Virus record (IMG/VR): IMGVR_UViG_3300025684_000010
Length of the DNA stretch: 64,000 nucleotides
Direction: 5' to 3' (one strand)
Source: a virus
The notes under the pieces were generated by a model. That model saw only the letters and a list, made by a program, of their open reading frames with translations. It ran no database searches and was not told the DNA's origin. Positions 36,301-46,144 of this stretch are shown one piece after another; position 1 is the first letter of the stretch, and the number at the start of each line of letters is the position of its first letter. The translations under genes were made by a program, and so were the position numbers.

Positions 36301-36874
36301 TGATTCGTTTAACGCGTACGTTAAATTTCTGGCACTAAAGAAACATTTTACGACGGAGAGTTACGATTACTTTAAATATAATGGCAAAGTACGAGCAAAC
36401 CGCGAAACCTTTATGGCTCGCAACGATGCTTATTCTTTTGCTAAATTGGCAAAGAAAGATGATTACATTAATTTAATTATGAGTAATCTTTTAATAAATA
36501 AAAATATCTGGGTTCGAGATCTACTCGACAGTGAAGGAGAAGCCAGATACACGAATTGGAGGAAGAGGGTAGAATCGTTAGGTTATATCTTCAAATCCGA
36601 GCTTGCTCATCTTGATGATGAATACAAGCGAAACTTTATATCAAGAGATGGACAACATCCTTTGTTAATGACATTGTTGTTACAAAAGAAGATTAGTTTG
36701 GAAACATTTACTATTCTTGCTCACAGTGCGAATATATTTTCATACTGGCAAGAAAAAGTAGTTGACAAACACGTATCTTTTGATATAATAAACAAATCTA
36801 AAAAGTATAAACCCTTTTTGGATTTTAACGCAGATCGGTTTAAGAAAATAATCAAAGACCGTTTTGTATTGTAA
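36269..36874 (+). CDS. 59: Helicase loader gp59
   Basis: YVKFLALKKHFTTESYDYFKYNGK, ISLETF. Confidence 0.88.
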   Translation: MNKISQTLVSDDSFNAYVKFLALKKHFTTESYDYFKYNGKVRANRETFMARNDAYSFAKLAKKDDYINLIMSNLLINKNIWVRDLLDSEGEARYTNWRKRVESLGYIFKSELAHLDDEYKRNFISRDGQHPLLMTLLLQKKISLETFTILAHSANIFSYWQEKVVDKHVSFDIINKSKKYKPFLDFNADRFKKIIKDRFVL

Positions 36875-36914
36875 TATTACGCAAATAAATCGCTATATAA
36901 CAGGAGAACTAATT

Positions 36915-37841
36915 ATGGCACTAACAGACTTTTCTTCACTCAAGAAGAACCGCTCGAAGACTCTCGACAAGTTGAATTCACAACTCGAAAAGATTTCTTC
37001 AAAATCATACTCAGATCCGAACGCAGGAAAATTTTGGAAACCAACAAGAGATAAGGCAGGTAATGGCTTCGCAGTCATTAGATTCCTACCAGCCTCTAAA
37101 GGTGAAGAAATGCCTTTCGTACGAATTTGGGATCACGGTTTCCAAGGACCAACAGGCCTTTGGTATATCGAGAACTCGTTAACCACCTTAAATCAGGATG
37201 ACCCAGTATCAGAGTTTAACTCTAAGCTATGGAACTCTGGTGTTGAAGCTGATAAAGAACAAGCACGTAAACAGAAGCGCAGGCTGAAGTATACTGCTAA
37301 CGTCTATATCGTTAAAGACCCAGGCAATCCTGAGAACGAAGGTAAAGTATTCATGTATCAGTTCGGTAAGAAGATCTTTGATAAATTGAATGATCTAATG
37401 AATCCGACGTTTGAAGACGAAGAACCAACCAACCCGTTTGATTTATGGGAAGGTGCAAACTTTCGTCTAAAGATTCGTCAATTCGAAGGTTACCCGAACT
37501 ACGATAAATCTGAATTTGATCCATCCACTCCATTGTCAGACGATGATGAAGTATTGGAAAGAGTTTGGGGAGAACAACATTCTCTACAGGAATTAGTATC
37601 AGAAAGTAATTTCAAATCTTACACTGATCTAAGAACTAAATTGTATCGAGTACTTGATTTACAAAATGATGCACCGACTGCTTCGGCACCGGTTACTGAA
37701 ACGGCAGATGAATTGGATTTATCCAGTATGTCTAACGATACGTCTGAGCCAACAATGGCAACGGCAGAACCTTCAGTAGGCTCAACCGCTAGTGATGATG
37801 ATGATGACCTTAGTATTTTTAAGGAATTGGCACGTAGTTAA
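36915..37841 (+). CDS. 32: ssDNA-binding protein gp32
   Basis: FWKP..DKAGNGFAVIRFLP, YIENSLTT, GKKIFDK, YDKSEF; acidic tail. Start at MALTDF. Confidence 0.95.
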   Translation: MALTDFSSLKKNRSKTLDKLNSQLEKISSKSYSDPNAGKFWKPTRDKAGNGFAVIRFLPASKGEEMPFVRIWDHGFQGPTGLWYIENSLTTLNQDDPVSEFNSKLWNSGVEADKEQARKQKRRLKYTANVYIVKDPGNPENEGKVFMYQFGKKIFDKLNDLMNPTFEDEEPTNPFDLWEGANFRLKIRQFEGYPNYDKSEFDPSTPLSDDDEVLERVWGEQHSLQELVSESNFKSYTDLRTKLYRVLDLQNDAPTASAPVTETADELDLSSMSNDTSEPTMATAEPSVGSTASDDDDDLSIFKELARS

Positions 37842-37850
37842 ACAACTGCC

Positions 37851-37875
37851 GGGGATCGCAAGGTCCCCTTTTTTT
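37851..37875 (+). terminator. Rho-independent terminator after gene 32
   Basis: GGGGATC-GCAA-GGTCCCC-T7; nearly identical to the 32125 terminator. Confidence 0.9.
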
Positions 37876-37886
37876 AAGGAGGTCTT

Positions 37887-38171
37887 ATGACTATTGAAAA
37901 AGAAACTACAATCCTTGATTTCGATTTTGGTTTTACAGCTGTTGACGCCGATGAATTAGAAGTTGTTCAACAAGCAAAGGAAGCAGTTACTACAACCGCT
38001 GCGTCTGCTAATGCGAGCGCTGCTAAGGCCCAATTATTATATGATGCGGTAGTACCGCTATTGAATAACTTAAAAGCAAACCCCGAAAAGGATTACATCT
38101 ATTGGCCAAACCGATATGAGAAACTCGATGCGTTCGCCGATAAGTTATATACAATTCTAAGTGGAGAATAA
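37887..38171 (+). CDS. Conserved hypothetical protein
   Basis: DFDFGFTAVD...LLNNLKANPEKDYIYWPNR; GGAGG RBS. Confidence 0.65.
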   Translation: MTIEKETTILDFDFGFTAVDADELEVVQQAKEAVTTTAASANASAAKAQLLYDAVVPLLNNLKANPEKDYIYWPNRYEKLDAFADKLYTILSGE

Positions 38172-38174
38172 AAT

Positions 38175-39245
38175 ATGAGTTTACTCGATAAAATGTTGAA
38201 GGCAGGTTCGGTCAAAGGATCTTCGGTTCTTTCCAAATCTAACTTCTTCCAAGCAAAGGATCCTATTAAAACAGATCTTCCTATCATTAATATTGCCTTT
38301 AGTGGTAGCCTTAACGGTGGTTTGATTCCTGGGTTAACAGTCCTAGCTGGTGTATCTAAAAGTTTCAAAACGCTTTTGGGTTTATATTGTATGAAGGCAT
38401 ACCTTGATAAGTATAAGGATGGCGTTGCTATTCTATATGATTCAGAATATGGTATTACGCCTGATTATTTAGAAAGTTTTGACATTGACATTGACCGTGT
38501 TATTCACGTGCCATTAGAAGATGTTGAGCAGTTAAAGTTTGATTTAACAAAACGTCTTGATGAAGTTAGTAAAGGCGATCATGTTATGATTCTGATTGAC
38601 TCAATTGGTAACCTTGCTTCGAAGAAAGAAGTCGAAGATGCCATGTCTGAGAAATCAGTTGCTGATATGTCGCGTGCAAAACAGATCAAGTCATTGTTCC
38701 GTATTGTTACACCTAAGCTGACTACACGTGATATTCCTTGTATCGCTATTAACCATGTATATCAGGAGATGGGATTATTTCCAAAAGCTGTTGTATCTGG
38801 TGGTACAGGTATTATGTATAGTGCAAACCAAGTATTCATTATTGGTAAAGCTCAGCAAAAGGATGGCAAAGATCTAGAAGGTTTCAAGTTTACTATTAAT
38901 ATTGAAAAGTCAAGATACGTTAAGGAAAAATCAAAACTTCCTTTCACTGTATTATTTGATAAAGGTATTCAGAAATGGTCATCGTTAATGGAATTGGCTT
39001 TGGAGTCAGGACATCTTGATTCTAAAACTCAAGGCTGGTATAACGAAATCAATATGGATACTGGTGAAGTACTTGAACCTAAACGCAGAGCTAAGGATAT
39101 TGAAAAGGACGATGCATTCTTTGAACGTCTAATTGCATGTCCAAAGTTTAATGAATACGTAGAACGCAAGTTTAAATTAAATGCAGCAGTAATGGGAGAT
39201 AATAATGTTAGAGAAGACGATCTTATCGAATCTGATACTGAATGA
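38175..39245 (+). CDS. uvsX: UvsX RecA-like recombinase
   Basis: LAGVSKSFKT, YDSEYG, IDSIGNLAS, GGTGIMYSA. Confidence 0.95.
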   Translation: MSLLDKMLKAGSVKGSSVLSKSNFFQAKDPIKTDLPIINIAFSGSLNGGLIPGLTVLAGVSKSFKTLLGLYCMKAYLDKYKDGVAILYDSEYGITPDYLESFDIDIDRVIHVPLEDVEQLKFDLTKRLDEVSKGDHVMILIDSIGNLASKKEVEDAMSEKSVADMSRAKQIKSLFRIVTPKLTTRDIPCIAINHVYQEMGLFPKAVVSGGTGIMYSANQVFIIGKAQQKDGKDLEGFKFTINIEKSRYVKEKSKLPFTVLFDKGIQKWSSLMELALESGHLDSKTQGWYNEINMDTGEVLEPKRRAKDIEKDDAFFERLIACPKFNEYVERKFKLNAAVMGDNNVREDDLIESDTE

Positions 39246-40650
39246 GGATTTTTGCCGTAAGGTATTTCCATATTTAAAAGATGATTATTTCGATGATTTA
39301 GTTCTTCGTAGCGTATTTGAAACGGCTTCGGACTACTTGGAAAAGTACAAGGAGCCACCTTCATTAGAAGCTCTCAAGATTGCTGTTGATAAAAGAAAGG
39401 ATCTATCGGAAGATACGTATCAGGGTGTACACCAATTAGTTGACAGTATGTCAATTGATACGGACACTCAATTAGATTTCTTACTTGATGAAACTGAAAA
39501 GTTCTGTCAGGACAAAGATCTATATAATAGTATACGTAAATCCATTATGATCCTTGATGGCCAAGACTCTGAACTTGGCAAAGGAGAAATTCCAAAACTG
39601 TTATCCGATTCGTTGGGTATCAGTTTTGACTCTTCTGTCGGTCATGACTTCCTTGAAGATGTTGACGATCGTTATGAGCATTATCATCGCAAAGAAGAAC
39701 GCATTCCGTTCGATATAGAAATCTTAAACAAAATTACAAAAGGTGGCATACCTCGTAAATCTATGACTGTCTTGTTGGCAACAACAGGTGGTGGTAAGTC
39801 TTTACTTAAATGTCACATGGCAGCAAATCATTTGATGTTTGGTAAGAACGTATTATACATTACAATGGAAATGGCTGCAGAAGAAATCGGTCGTCGTATT
39901 GACGCAAACATTATGGATATTACACTCGACGAAGTTGCTGAAATACCTCGTGATGTATTTGAAAAACGAATGGCTCGATTAAAAGGCAAGACAACAGGCA
40001 AACTCATTGTGAAGGAGTTTCCAACAGGTTCTGCTCATAGCGGTCACTTCCGCCATCTGCTTAACGAATTGAAACTCAAAAAGAACTTTTCTCCTGATAT
40101 TATCTTTCTTGATTACTTGAACATCTGTTCATCTGCTCGAGTTAAAGGTGCAGCTGCAGCAAATAGTTATACTTTAGTAAAATCAATTGCAGAAGAAGTA
40201 CGTGGATTGGCAATGGAATACAATTGTGCAATCGTTACCTCTTCTCAGTATAATCGTGATGCGTATGGTAACTCTGACGTTGATCTAACAAATACATCTG
40301 AGTCAATGGGTATTACTCATACTGCTGACTGTATATTAGGTTTGGTCAGTTCTGAATATCTTGACGAAATGAATCAACTTATGATTAAACAGTTGAAGAA
40401 TCGTTGGGGAGACATCAGTTACTACCGTCGATTCCTTGTAGGTATTGAACGAGCAAAGATGAAGATCTATGAACTCGAAGAATCTGCCCAAGAGAATATT
40501 AATCTCGAGTCTCCATCTGGGGGTGGTGGGCAACATGCAAAAAAGAACTGGGATGATAGTTCGCCAGTCTTTGATAAGACCGACATTGGTATGAGACTGA
40601 ACAAACGCAAACCAGGCCAGAAAGTTTTTGGAGATGTTGCTTTAACTTAA
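39205..40650 (+). CDS. 41: Replicative DNA helicase gp41
   Basis: ATTGGGKS, TMEM, DYLNIC, SESMG, KQLKNR. Confidence 0.95.
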   Translation: MLEKTILSNLILNEDFCRKVFPYLKDDYFDDLVLRSVFETASDYLEKYKEPPSLEALKIAVDKRKDLSEDTYQGVHQLVDSMSIDTDTQLDFLLDETEKFCQDKDLYNSIRKSIMILDGQDSELGKGEIPKLLSDSLGISFDSSVGHDFLEDVDDRYEHYHRKEERIPFDIEILNKITKGGIPRKSMTVLLATTGGGKSLLKCHMAANHLMFGKNVLYITMEMAAEEIGRRIDANIMDITLDEVAEIPRDVFEKRMARLKGKTTGKLIVKEFPTGSAHSGHFRHLLNELKLKKNFSPDIIFLDYLNICSSARVKGAAAANSYTLVKSIAEEVRGLAMEYNCAIVTSSQYNRDAYGNSDVDLTNTSESMGITHTADCILGLVSSEYLDEMNQLMIKQLKNRWGDISYYRRFLVGIERAKMKIYELEESAQENINLESPSGGGGQHAKKNWDDSSPVFDKTDIGMRLNKRKPGQKVFGDVALT

Positions 40651-40657
40651 GTATCTG

Positions 40658-40665
40658 TATAAATA
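40658..40665 (+). promoter_or_regulatory. gp55 late promoter TATAAATA (also at 46816, 48643, 53385, 56843)
   Basis: Exact T4 late consensus, each shortly upstream of a gene start. Confidence 0.75.
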
Positions 40666-40695
40666 ACTCTATAGATTAATTTTAATAGGTAACAG

Positions 40696-42123
40696 ATGAA
40701 GAGTTTCAATTCATATATAAAAGAAGCTAGTTTCTTAAAGCCTGACTACGTTATAGGACACAAAGTCGCTTTTAACGGAAAAGGCTTTAGGGAATTAGAT
40801 GCTTTAGGTTATAAACCCGGTGATCACTTTGAGATTATAGCACCAACCAAAGCTGACTATACTTATGGTGATGGTCCTGCAGAAAAGTATCTAAAAGCAC
40901 CAAACGGTAAAGTGATACATATGAAAGGAGCAACCGGTTTTAAATCGAGTTCCTTTACTCATGTTAAAGCTTCAGGTTCTCCACCAACAGGCGCGGAATG
41001 GGAAGATGTTATTGTTTACGCTTACAATAAACTCAACGGTAAATCAACAGACCCAGCAACAGTTGAAGTAGCAGAAAAGTTTAGTGACTATGCAGATGTT
41101 GCTAATAAAATCGCAACCAACTTCAATAACCAATTAAAAGCAAACCAGTTAGTGCAAACTGGTCGCGGCATGGGAGCTATTAGTTTAGGACCTATATGGA
41201 AAGAATCAGGTGCTAAGAACAAAACACCAAAGACTGATATTGCCTCCGCTGATTTCAAAGAAAAGATATCATTAAAGAAAGCAGGCGGATCTCAGCTTGC
41301 CTCACCAACCAAAGCAGAAGCTATCGCAATCGTTAAAGCAGCAATGTCGGAAATGGGCGAAGACAGAGCAATGGCAGCTAAACTTGTTAGTACAATGGAA
41401 ACTAATATGTCATCTCTAATATCGAGAGAGGCTGCTGGTGATTTGCGTAAACAATCAAAAGCTGGTGTAAAGACTGACGCAGTGATTGATTTTCAAGCAA
41501 AGGATAAAGGTAATAAAGAATTAACTAAAATGCTCGAAGGCCTTATTAATCAAGATACAGCAGTCAATGCTTTATTTAGTAAACATATTGTACTTGAGGC
41601 AGCAACCGGTAATCATAAGTTTGGTGGTGCAGGTTCTCCTGCCGCAGCTAACCTATTAGGTAAGTTCAGTCTAACAGGTGCTATTGAAGTTCAGCCTATC
41701 AATAGTATTAATGATCCTGTTATTGTTAAATATGCACAAACAGTCAAACCTGTCGTTTCATTTAAATCAGGTGGCGGGGGTGCTCCTGCCTATTCAGCAT
41801 TGCGTTTAGGTATTAAAGAATCAGAAACACTAAGAGGTATTGTGTTATCTGAAATGGAACAACTCGACGGTTTAATGTTAACCGAAGACTTTATTTCAGA
41901 AGGACCACTTGATATGTTAAAGAAAGCAGGTGATTGGGCAAAGGAAAAAGGTCAGGCGTTTGTAAATAAAGTTAAAGCCGCAGTTGCCAACGTTCTTGCT
42001 AAGATGAAAGCAATACTAACAAAGATCGCAAAGATGGGAAAGAAAATGTTTGCGAGTTTAATGAAGTTCTTCGGAGTAGAAGTAAGTTCAGCAACAGGCA
42101 TACCAGGAAATATTTCTTTATGA
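40696..42123 (+). CDS. Late protein with CTS-like leader and PD-(D/E)xK-like core
   Basis: MKSFNSYIKE leader; AEWE...TPKTDI...ISLKK.GGSQL motif. Confidence 0.55.
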   Translation: MKSFNSYIKEASFLKPDYVIGHKVAFNGKGFRELDALGYKPGDHFEIIAPTKADYTYGDGPAEKYLKAPNGKVIHMKGATGFKSSSFTHVKASGSPPTGAEWEDVIVYAYNKLNGKSTDPATVEVAEKFSDYADVANKIATNFNNQLKANQLVQTGRGMGAISLGPIWKESGAKNKTPKTDIASADFKEKISLKKAGGSQLASPTKAEAIAIVKAAMSEMGEDRAMAAKLVSTMETNMSSLISREAAGDLRKQSKAGVKTDAVIDFQAKDKGNKELTKMLEGLINQDTAVNALFSKHIVLEAATGNHKFGGAGSPAAANLLGKFSLTGAIEVQPINSINDPVIVKYAQTVKPVVSFKSGGGGAPAYSALRLGIKESETLRGIVLSEMEQLDGLMLTEDFISEGPLDMLKKAGDWAKEKGQAFVNKVKAAVANVLAKMKAILTKIAKMGKKMFASLMKFFGVEVSSATGIPGNISL

Positions 42124-42977
42124 AGGATTTTAAAACATTTGTTGACGAAGGTGCAAACGATCCTGCGATATTCAAAGCAATCTTTTTGGCAGGTGGCCCT
42201 GGCTCAGGTAAATCATATGTCGTTGGAAAAACTGCATTACCTATTCTTGGGTTCAAAGTTGTGAATTCAGATGATGCATTTGAAGCAGCAATGAATAAAG
42301 CTGGTTTAACAATGGATGCTGATACTATCTTTTCAACTCAAGGACAAGAGATTCGAGATAAAGCAAAGAAAGTAACAGACATGAGGATGACTGGTTATTT
42401 ACGTGGTCGTTTAGGATTAGTTATTGATGGAACAGGTAAGAACGCTGCTAAGATTCAAAAACAAGCAAAAGAGTTAAGAAGCTTGGGATATGATGTAGGG
42501 ATGATATATGTTAATACGGATTTAGATACTGCGATTGCTCGTAACGATGCAAGGCCAAGATCACTACCTATTCAACAAGTTACCGCATTATGGAAAGATG
42601 TTCAAAAGAACATTGGCGGATATCAGAAAATGTTTGGTCGTGACTTTATTATTATTGATAATTCAGAAGGCGCAAGTATCGAATCTAATATTACAGATGG
42701 TTATAAGTGGGCAACTAAATTTTCTAAGTCTGCTATTGAAAATCCTAAAGCAAAGAAATGGATTCAGTCTTACACAGAAGAATACCTGCCTGAAGCTGAT
42801 CTTGCTATGGCCTATGATGGCGTTATTGATTTAATACTTAAAGATCTTAAGAATAGGTTATCGCAAGATGTACGACGCAAAGACGTTAAGCTAGTTAACA
42901 ATATAGCAGGAATTGTAAAAAAGAAAGTAGAATTAGATTTTAAACATAAAGGTTACCTGAGGTTGAAAGACAAATGA
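42120..42977 (+). CDS. P-loop kinase (zeta-toxin/Pnk-kinase/AAA_33-like) with CTS-like leader
   Basis: GGPGSGKS, NSDD, VIDGT and lid motif ARNDAR. Confidence 0.75.
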   Translation: MKDFKTFVDEGANDPAIFKAIFLAGGPGSGKSYVVGKTALPILGFKVVNSDDAFEAAMNKAGLTMDADTIFSTQGQEIRDKAKKVTDMRMTGYLRGRLGLVIDGTGKNAAKIQKQAKELRSLGYDVGMIYVNTDLDTAIARNDARPRSLPIQQVTALWKDVQKNIGGYQKMFGRDFIIIDNSEGASIESNITDGYKWATKFSKSAIENPKAKKWIQSYTEEYLPEADLAMAYDGVIDLILKDLKNRLSQDVRRKDVKLVNNIAGIVKKKVELDFKHKGYLRLKDK

Positions 42978-44209
42978 AATCGTATAACCAATACCTTGCG
43001 GAAGCGGACGCAAACCTGCACATGACGCATCTTGAGGACGCTGTTCTCGATGGCGGTGTAAAAGGAACAAGAAACGTAATTAATTATATTCGTAATATTC
43101 GCGATATGCTATCAGGTAATACTAAGGCTCCTGTTAATATTACAACAAAGTGGGACGGAGCTCCTGCGATTTTTGCTGGTGTTGATCCTGCCGATGGTAA
43201 GTTCTTCGTAGCAAAGAAAGGAGTATTCAATAAAACTCCAAAGCTATATAAAACAGAAGCAGAAATAGATAATGATCTGAGCGGTGAACTCAATAGCAAA
43301 TTTAAAGTTGCTTTGAAAGAATTCGCTAAACTCGGAATAAGTGGAGTAGTACAAGGTGATTTCTTATATACGGATGACGATCTTAAAACGGAAGATATTG
43401 ATGGAGAATCGTGTGTTACTTTCCATCCTAATACCATTGTTTACGCGGTACCTAAAGCATCAGGACTCGGTAAGACAATTTCAGGATCAAAGATTGGTGT
43501 GGTCTGGCACACAACATACGCAGGATCAACTCTTGAAACAATGTCTGCAAGTTTTGGTATTGCGATCTCAACAAAACTTAACAAGGTTAAATCGGTCTGG
43601 CACGTAGACGCAACGTTTGAAGATAAGTCAGGTACAGCAACATTTACCGACGCAGAGAACAAAGCCCTAACTGCTCAGTTAAGTCAAGCAGGAGCATTGT
43701 TTAGAACAATAGATGCTAAGGTTCTAGGCGAACTCGGAACAAACGCAGATTTAAATCAAAAGGTAAATACTTTTATTAATACAAAGGTACGCGATGGTCA
43801 ACGTATTGGCGCGGTCAAACCTTTCGTTAAAGATTTACAAAAATACATACAAGAATATTATAAGAAAGAAGCAGATAAGCGTAAGACTCCTGCTGGCAAG
43901 AAAACTCAAATGGATAAAGCAACGTTAGCATTACAAATCTTTGCGGCTCCAGGTAATACGAAAAAACTCGAAGCTATATTTACTCTATATGATTTGATGG
44001 TCGATATGAAATATGTTATCATAGACAAATTAAATAAAGTTGGTGGTATTAAAACACTACTCAAAACAGCAAAAGGATTCGAAGTAACGGGTCAAGAAGG
44101 ATTTGTTGCGATTGACCATTATGGAAAGAATGCATTGAAGATTGTGGATCGTATGGGATTCAGTCTTGCTAACTTCTCAGATCAATATATCAAAGGTTGG
44201 CAGAAATAA
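42974..44209 (+). CDS. Ligase-like covalent nucleotidyltransferase (KxDG) with CTS-like leader
   Basis: TKWDGAPA (motif I), QGDFLY (III), EGFVA (IV), LKIV (V). Confidence 0.6.
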   Translation: MKSYNQYLAEADANLHMTHLEDAVLDGGVKGTRNVINYIRNIRDMLSGNTKAPVNITTKWDGAPAIFAGVDPADGKFFVAKKGVFNKTPKLYKTEAEIDNDLSGELNSKFKVALKEFAKLGISGVVQGDFLYTDDDLKTEDIDGESCVTFHPNTIVYAVPKASGLGKTISGSKIGVVWHTTYAGSTLETMSASFGIAISTKLNKVKSVWHVDATFEDKSGTATFTDAENKALTAQLSQAGALFRTIDAKVLGELGTNADLNQKVNTFINTKVRDGQRIGAVKPFVKDLQKYIQEYYKKEADKRKTPAGKKTQMDKATLALQIFAAPGNTKKLEAIFTLYDLMVDMKYVIIDKLNKVGGIKTLLKTAKGFEVTGQEGFVAIDHYGKNALKIVDRMGFSLANFSDQYIKGWQK

Positions 44210-44212
44210 GTA

Positions 44213-44241
44213 TTGACATTGCGTCTTAATTTTGTTATAAT
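44213..44241 (+). promoter_or_regulatory. Sigma70-consensus promoter heading the glycan cassette
   Basis: TTGACA-N17-TATAAT. Confidence 0.8.
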
Positions 44242-44274
44242 ATAACTTCTATAATATGAATAAGGTGATCCTTA

Positions 44275-44814
44275 ATGAAAGACGTGACAGTCATAAACTT
44301 CTACGGCGGACCAGGCTCAGGTAAATCTACCGCTGCGGCCGGTTTATTCTATCAAATGAAAATCGCAGGCTATAATGTCGAACTGACAGATGAGTTTGCT
44401 AAAGAGTGCGTATGGGAAGGTAACATACCAATGTTGGCAGATCAACTTTGGGTACTCGGTCATCAACACAGAAAAATATTACGATTATCCGATAAGGTAG
44501 ATTATATCATTACCGATAGTCCTGTACTCTTAAGTCCAATATATCGTGAACGTTACGGCAAGGCAATCTATTCAGATCTAATTGACCAAATGGCATTTGA
44601 ATGTTATAAGCTATATAATCACAATATCAATTTTATGTTAACAAGACCTGAAGGTTTTGACCAACAAGGTAGAGCACAGGATATAGATGAGTGTATTTTA
44701 ATTGATGAAGCAATCATGGAACAATTTGACCGACTTGATATTGGATATATAAATTTAGATTCTAACGACAACGCATCGGCTGCAATGAGATATATTAAGA
44801 GACTATGGACATAA
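44275..44814 (+). CDS. AAA_28/NadR-like P-loop kinase
   Basis: GGPGSGKST, EFAKE, ITDSPVL. Confidence 0.75.
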   Translation: MKDVTVINFYGGPGSGKSTAAAGLFYQMKIAGYNVELTDEFAKECVWEGNIPMLADQLWVLGHQHRKILRLSDKVDYIITDSPVLLSPIYRERYGKAIYSDLIDQMAFECYKLYNHNINFMLTRPEGFDQQGRAQDIDECILIDEAIMEQFDRLDIGYINLDSNDNASAAMRYIKRLWT

Positions 44815-45479
44815 GTATTGAAAAGAAGATGACCCACATTTGGATAGGACCTAATCCTGCTCCATTGAAGTGGATGAATACTTGGCCAGAGAAAATGCCT
44901 GACTGGGAGTATTCAGTATTCACAGACGATATGTTACATAAACGCAAATGGTATAACCAACATTTAATTGAAGAGTATTATAGACAAAAGTGTTGGGCAG
45001 GAGTTGCTGATTTAATTCGTTATGAGTTAATATACGAGAGAGGTGGCTTTTGGCCTGAAGCAGATTCAGAATGTTATCACGACGTTAGTGAACTATTCGT
45101 TGAAGATCCAAACTTAGCATATACTGTATTTGAAAAGGAAGATGTAATACCGAGATCTATATCTCCAATCATGGCAGCAAACCCAGGCAATAAATTCCTT
45201 GATGTTATATTGAGAAAACTCCATACATTAAGACCTGGTGATTTAGATCCAAAGCCACACGAATCAACAGGAAACTTCTTCTTAGCAAGATTACTTGATG
45301 GCACTCGTCACTTACTACATATCTTTCCTTCTTACACATTTATACCTCAATGGTTTCGTCCTGGGTATCCAAGGTATGATGGGCCAGGTAAAATATACGC
45401 AGAACAACATTGGGGTTCAACTGCAACTGATTTAGGTCTCCCAGACACAACAAAACAATATAATGAAGGCATAGAGTGA
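44805..45479 (+). CDS. GT32 (OCH1-like) glycosyltransferase
   Basis: HIWIG, ADLIRYELIYERGGFWPEADSEC, HWGST. Confidence 0.78.
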   Translation: MDISIEKKMTHIWIGPNPAPLKWMNTWPEKMPDWEYSVFTDDMLHKRKWYNQHLIEEYYRQKCWAGVADLIRYELIYERGGFWPEADSECYHDVSELFVEDPNLAYTVFEKEDVIPRSISPIMAANPGNKFLDVILRKLHTLRPGDLDPKPHESTGNFFLARLLDGTRHLLHIFPSYTFIPQWFRPGYPRYDGPGKIYAEQHWGSTATDLGLPDTTKQYNEGIE

Positions 45480-46144
45480 TTCACGTAGAAATATTAGGCT
45501 TAGGACATCCAAGGACAGGAACTGGTTATACAAGTAAAGTATTATCAGATTGGGGTTTCGATGTTGGCCATGAAGTAATGGGTAAGCAAGGTATTGTATC
45601 TTGGTTATTAGTTAAACCAAAAGGACCCTATTTGTGGCAGAAGGGATTTGATAGAAGACCAACATATGACCATTTAGTATATAATACACGAGACCCAAAA
45701 ACCTCTCTTGCTTCAATTGTATATACTGAAACACCACCCTGTGATAAAGATGGAACTAGTTGGTGTGGTACAAAGTATTACCAAAACTTCAACTATTCAA
45801 ATTTTGATTACGACTCGACATACTTTCGTAAACAATTTATTGGATTAAATAGTGACAACCCAATAGAAAACGCAATTGATAGTATATGTCAGTTCCATGA
45901 AATGATTCTACGCTGTCGCCCAAATGTACAATATAGAATTGAGAACGAAGAACAGAAATTATTTAATTACTTTAAATCTTTCTATCCAAGCATTGAATAT
46001 ATAGAACACCCAAATAAAGAAAACACTCGAAAGCATAAATCGTTTGAACAGATGGCAGAGGAATTTCCAACACCATCTAAACAACACATAGACAGAATTA
46101 ACCATTACGCAATGGCGTGTGGGTATGATAAGGTAGAATTTTGA
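45476..46144 (+). CDS. Sulfotransferase-like protein
   Basis: GHPRTGT (5'-PSB-like) and RDPKTSLAS (3'-PB-like). Confidence 0.65.
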   Translation: MIHVEILGLGHPRTGTGYTSKVLSDWGFDVGHEVMGKQGIVSWLLVKPKGPYLWQKGFDRRPTYDHLVYNTRDPKTSLASIVYTETPPCDKDGTSWCGTKYYQNFNYSNFDYDSTYFRKQFIGLNSDNPIENAIDSICQFHEMILRCRPNVQYRIENEEQKLFNYFKSFYPSIEYIEHPNKENTRKHKSFEQMAEEFPTPSKQHIDRINHYAMACGYDKVEF

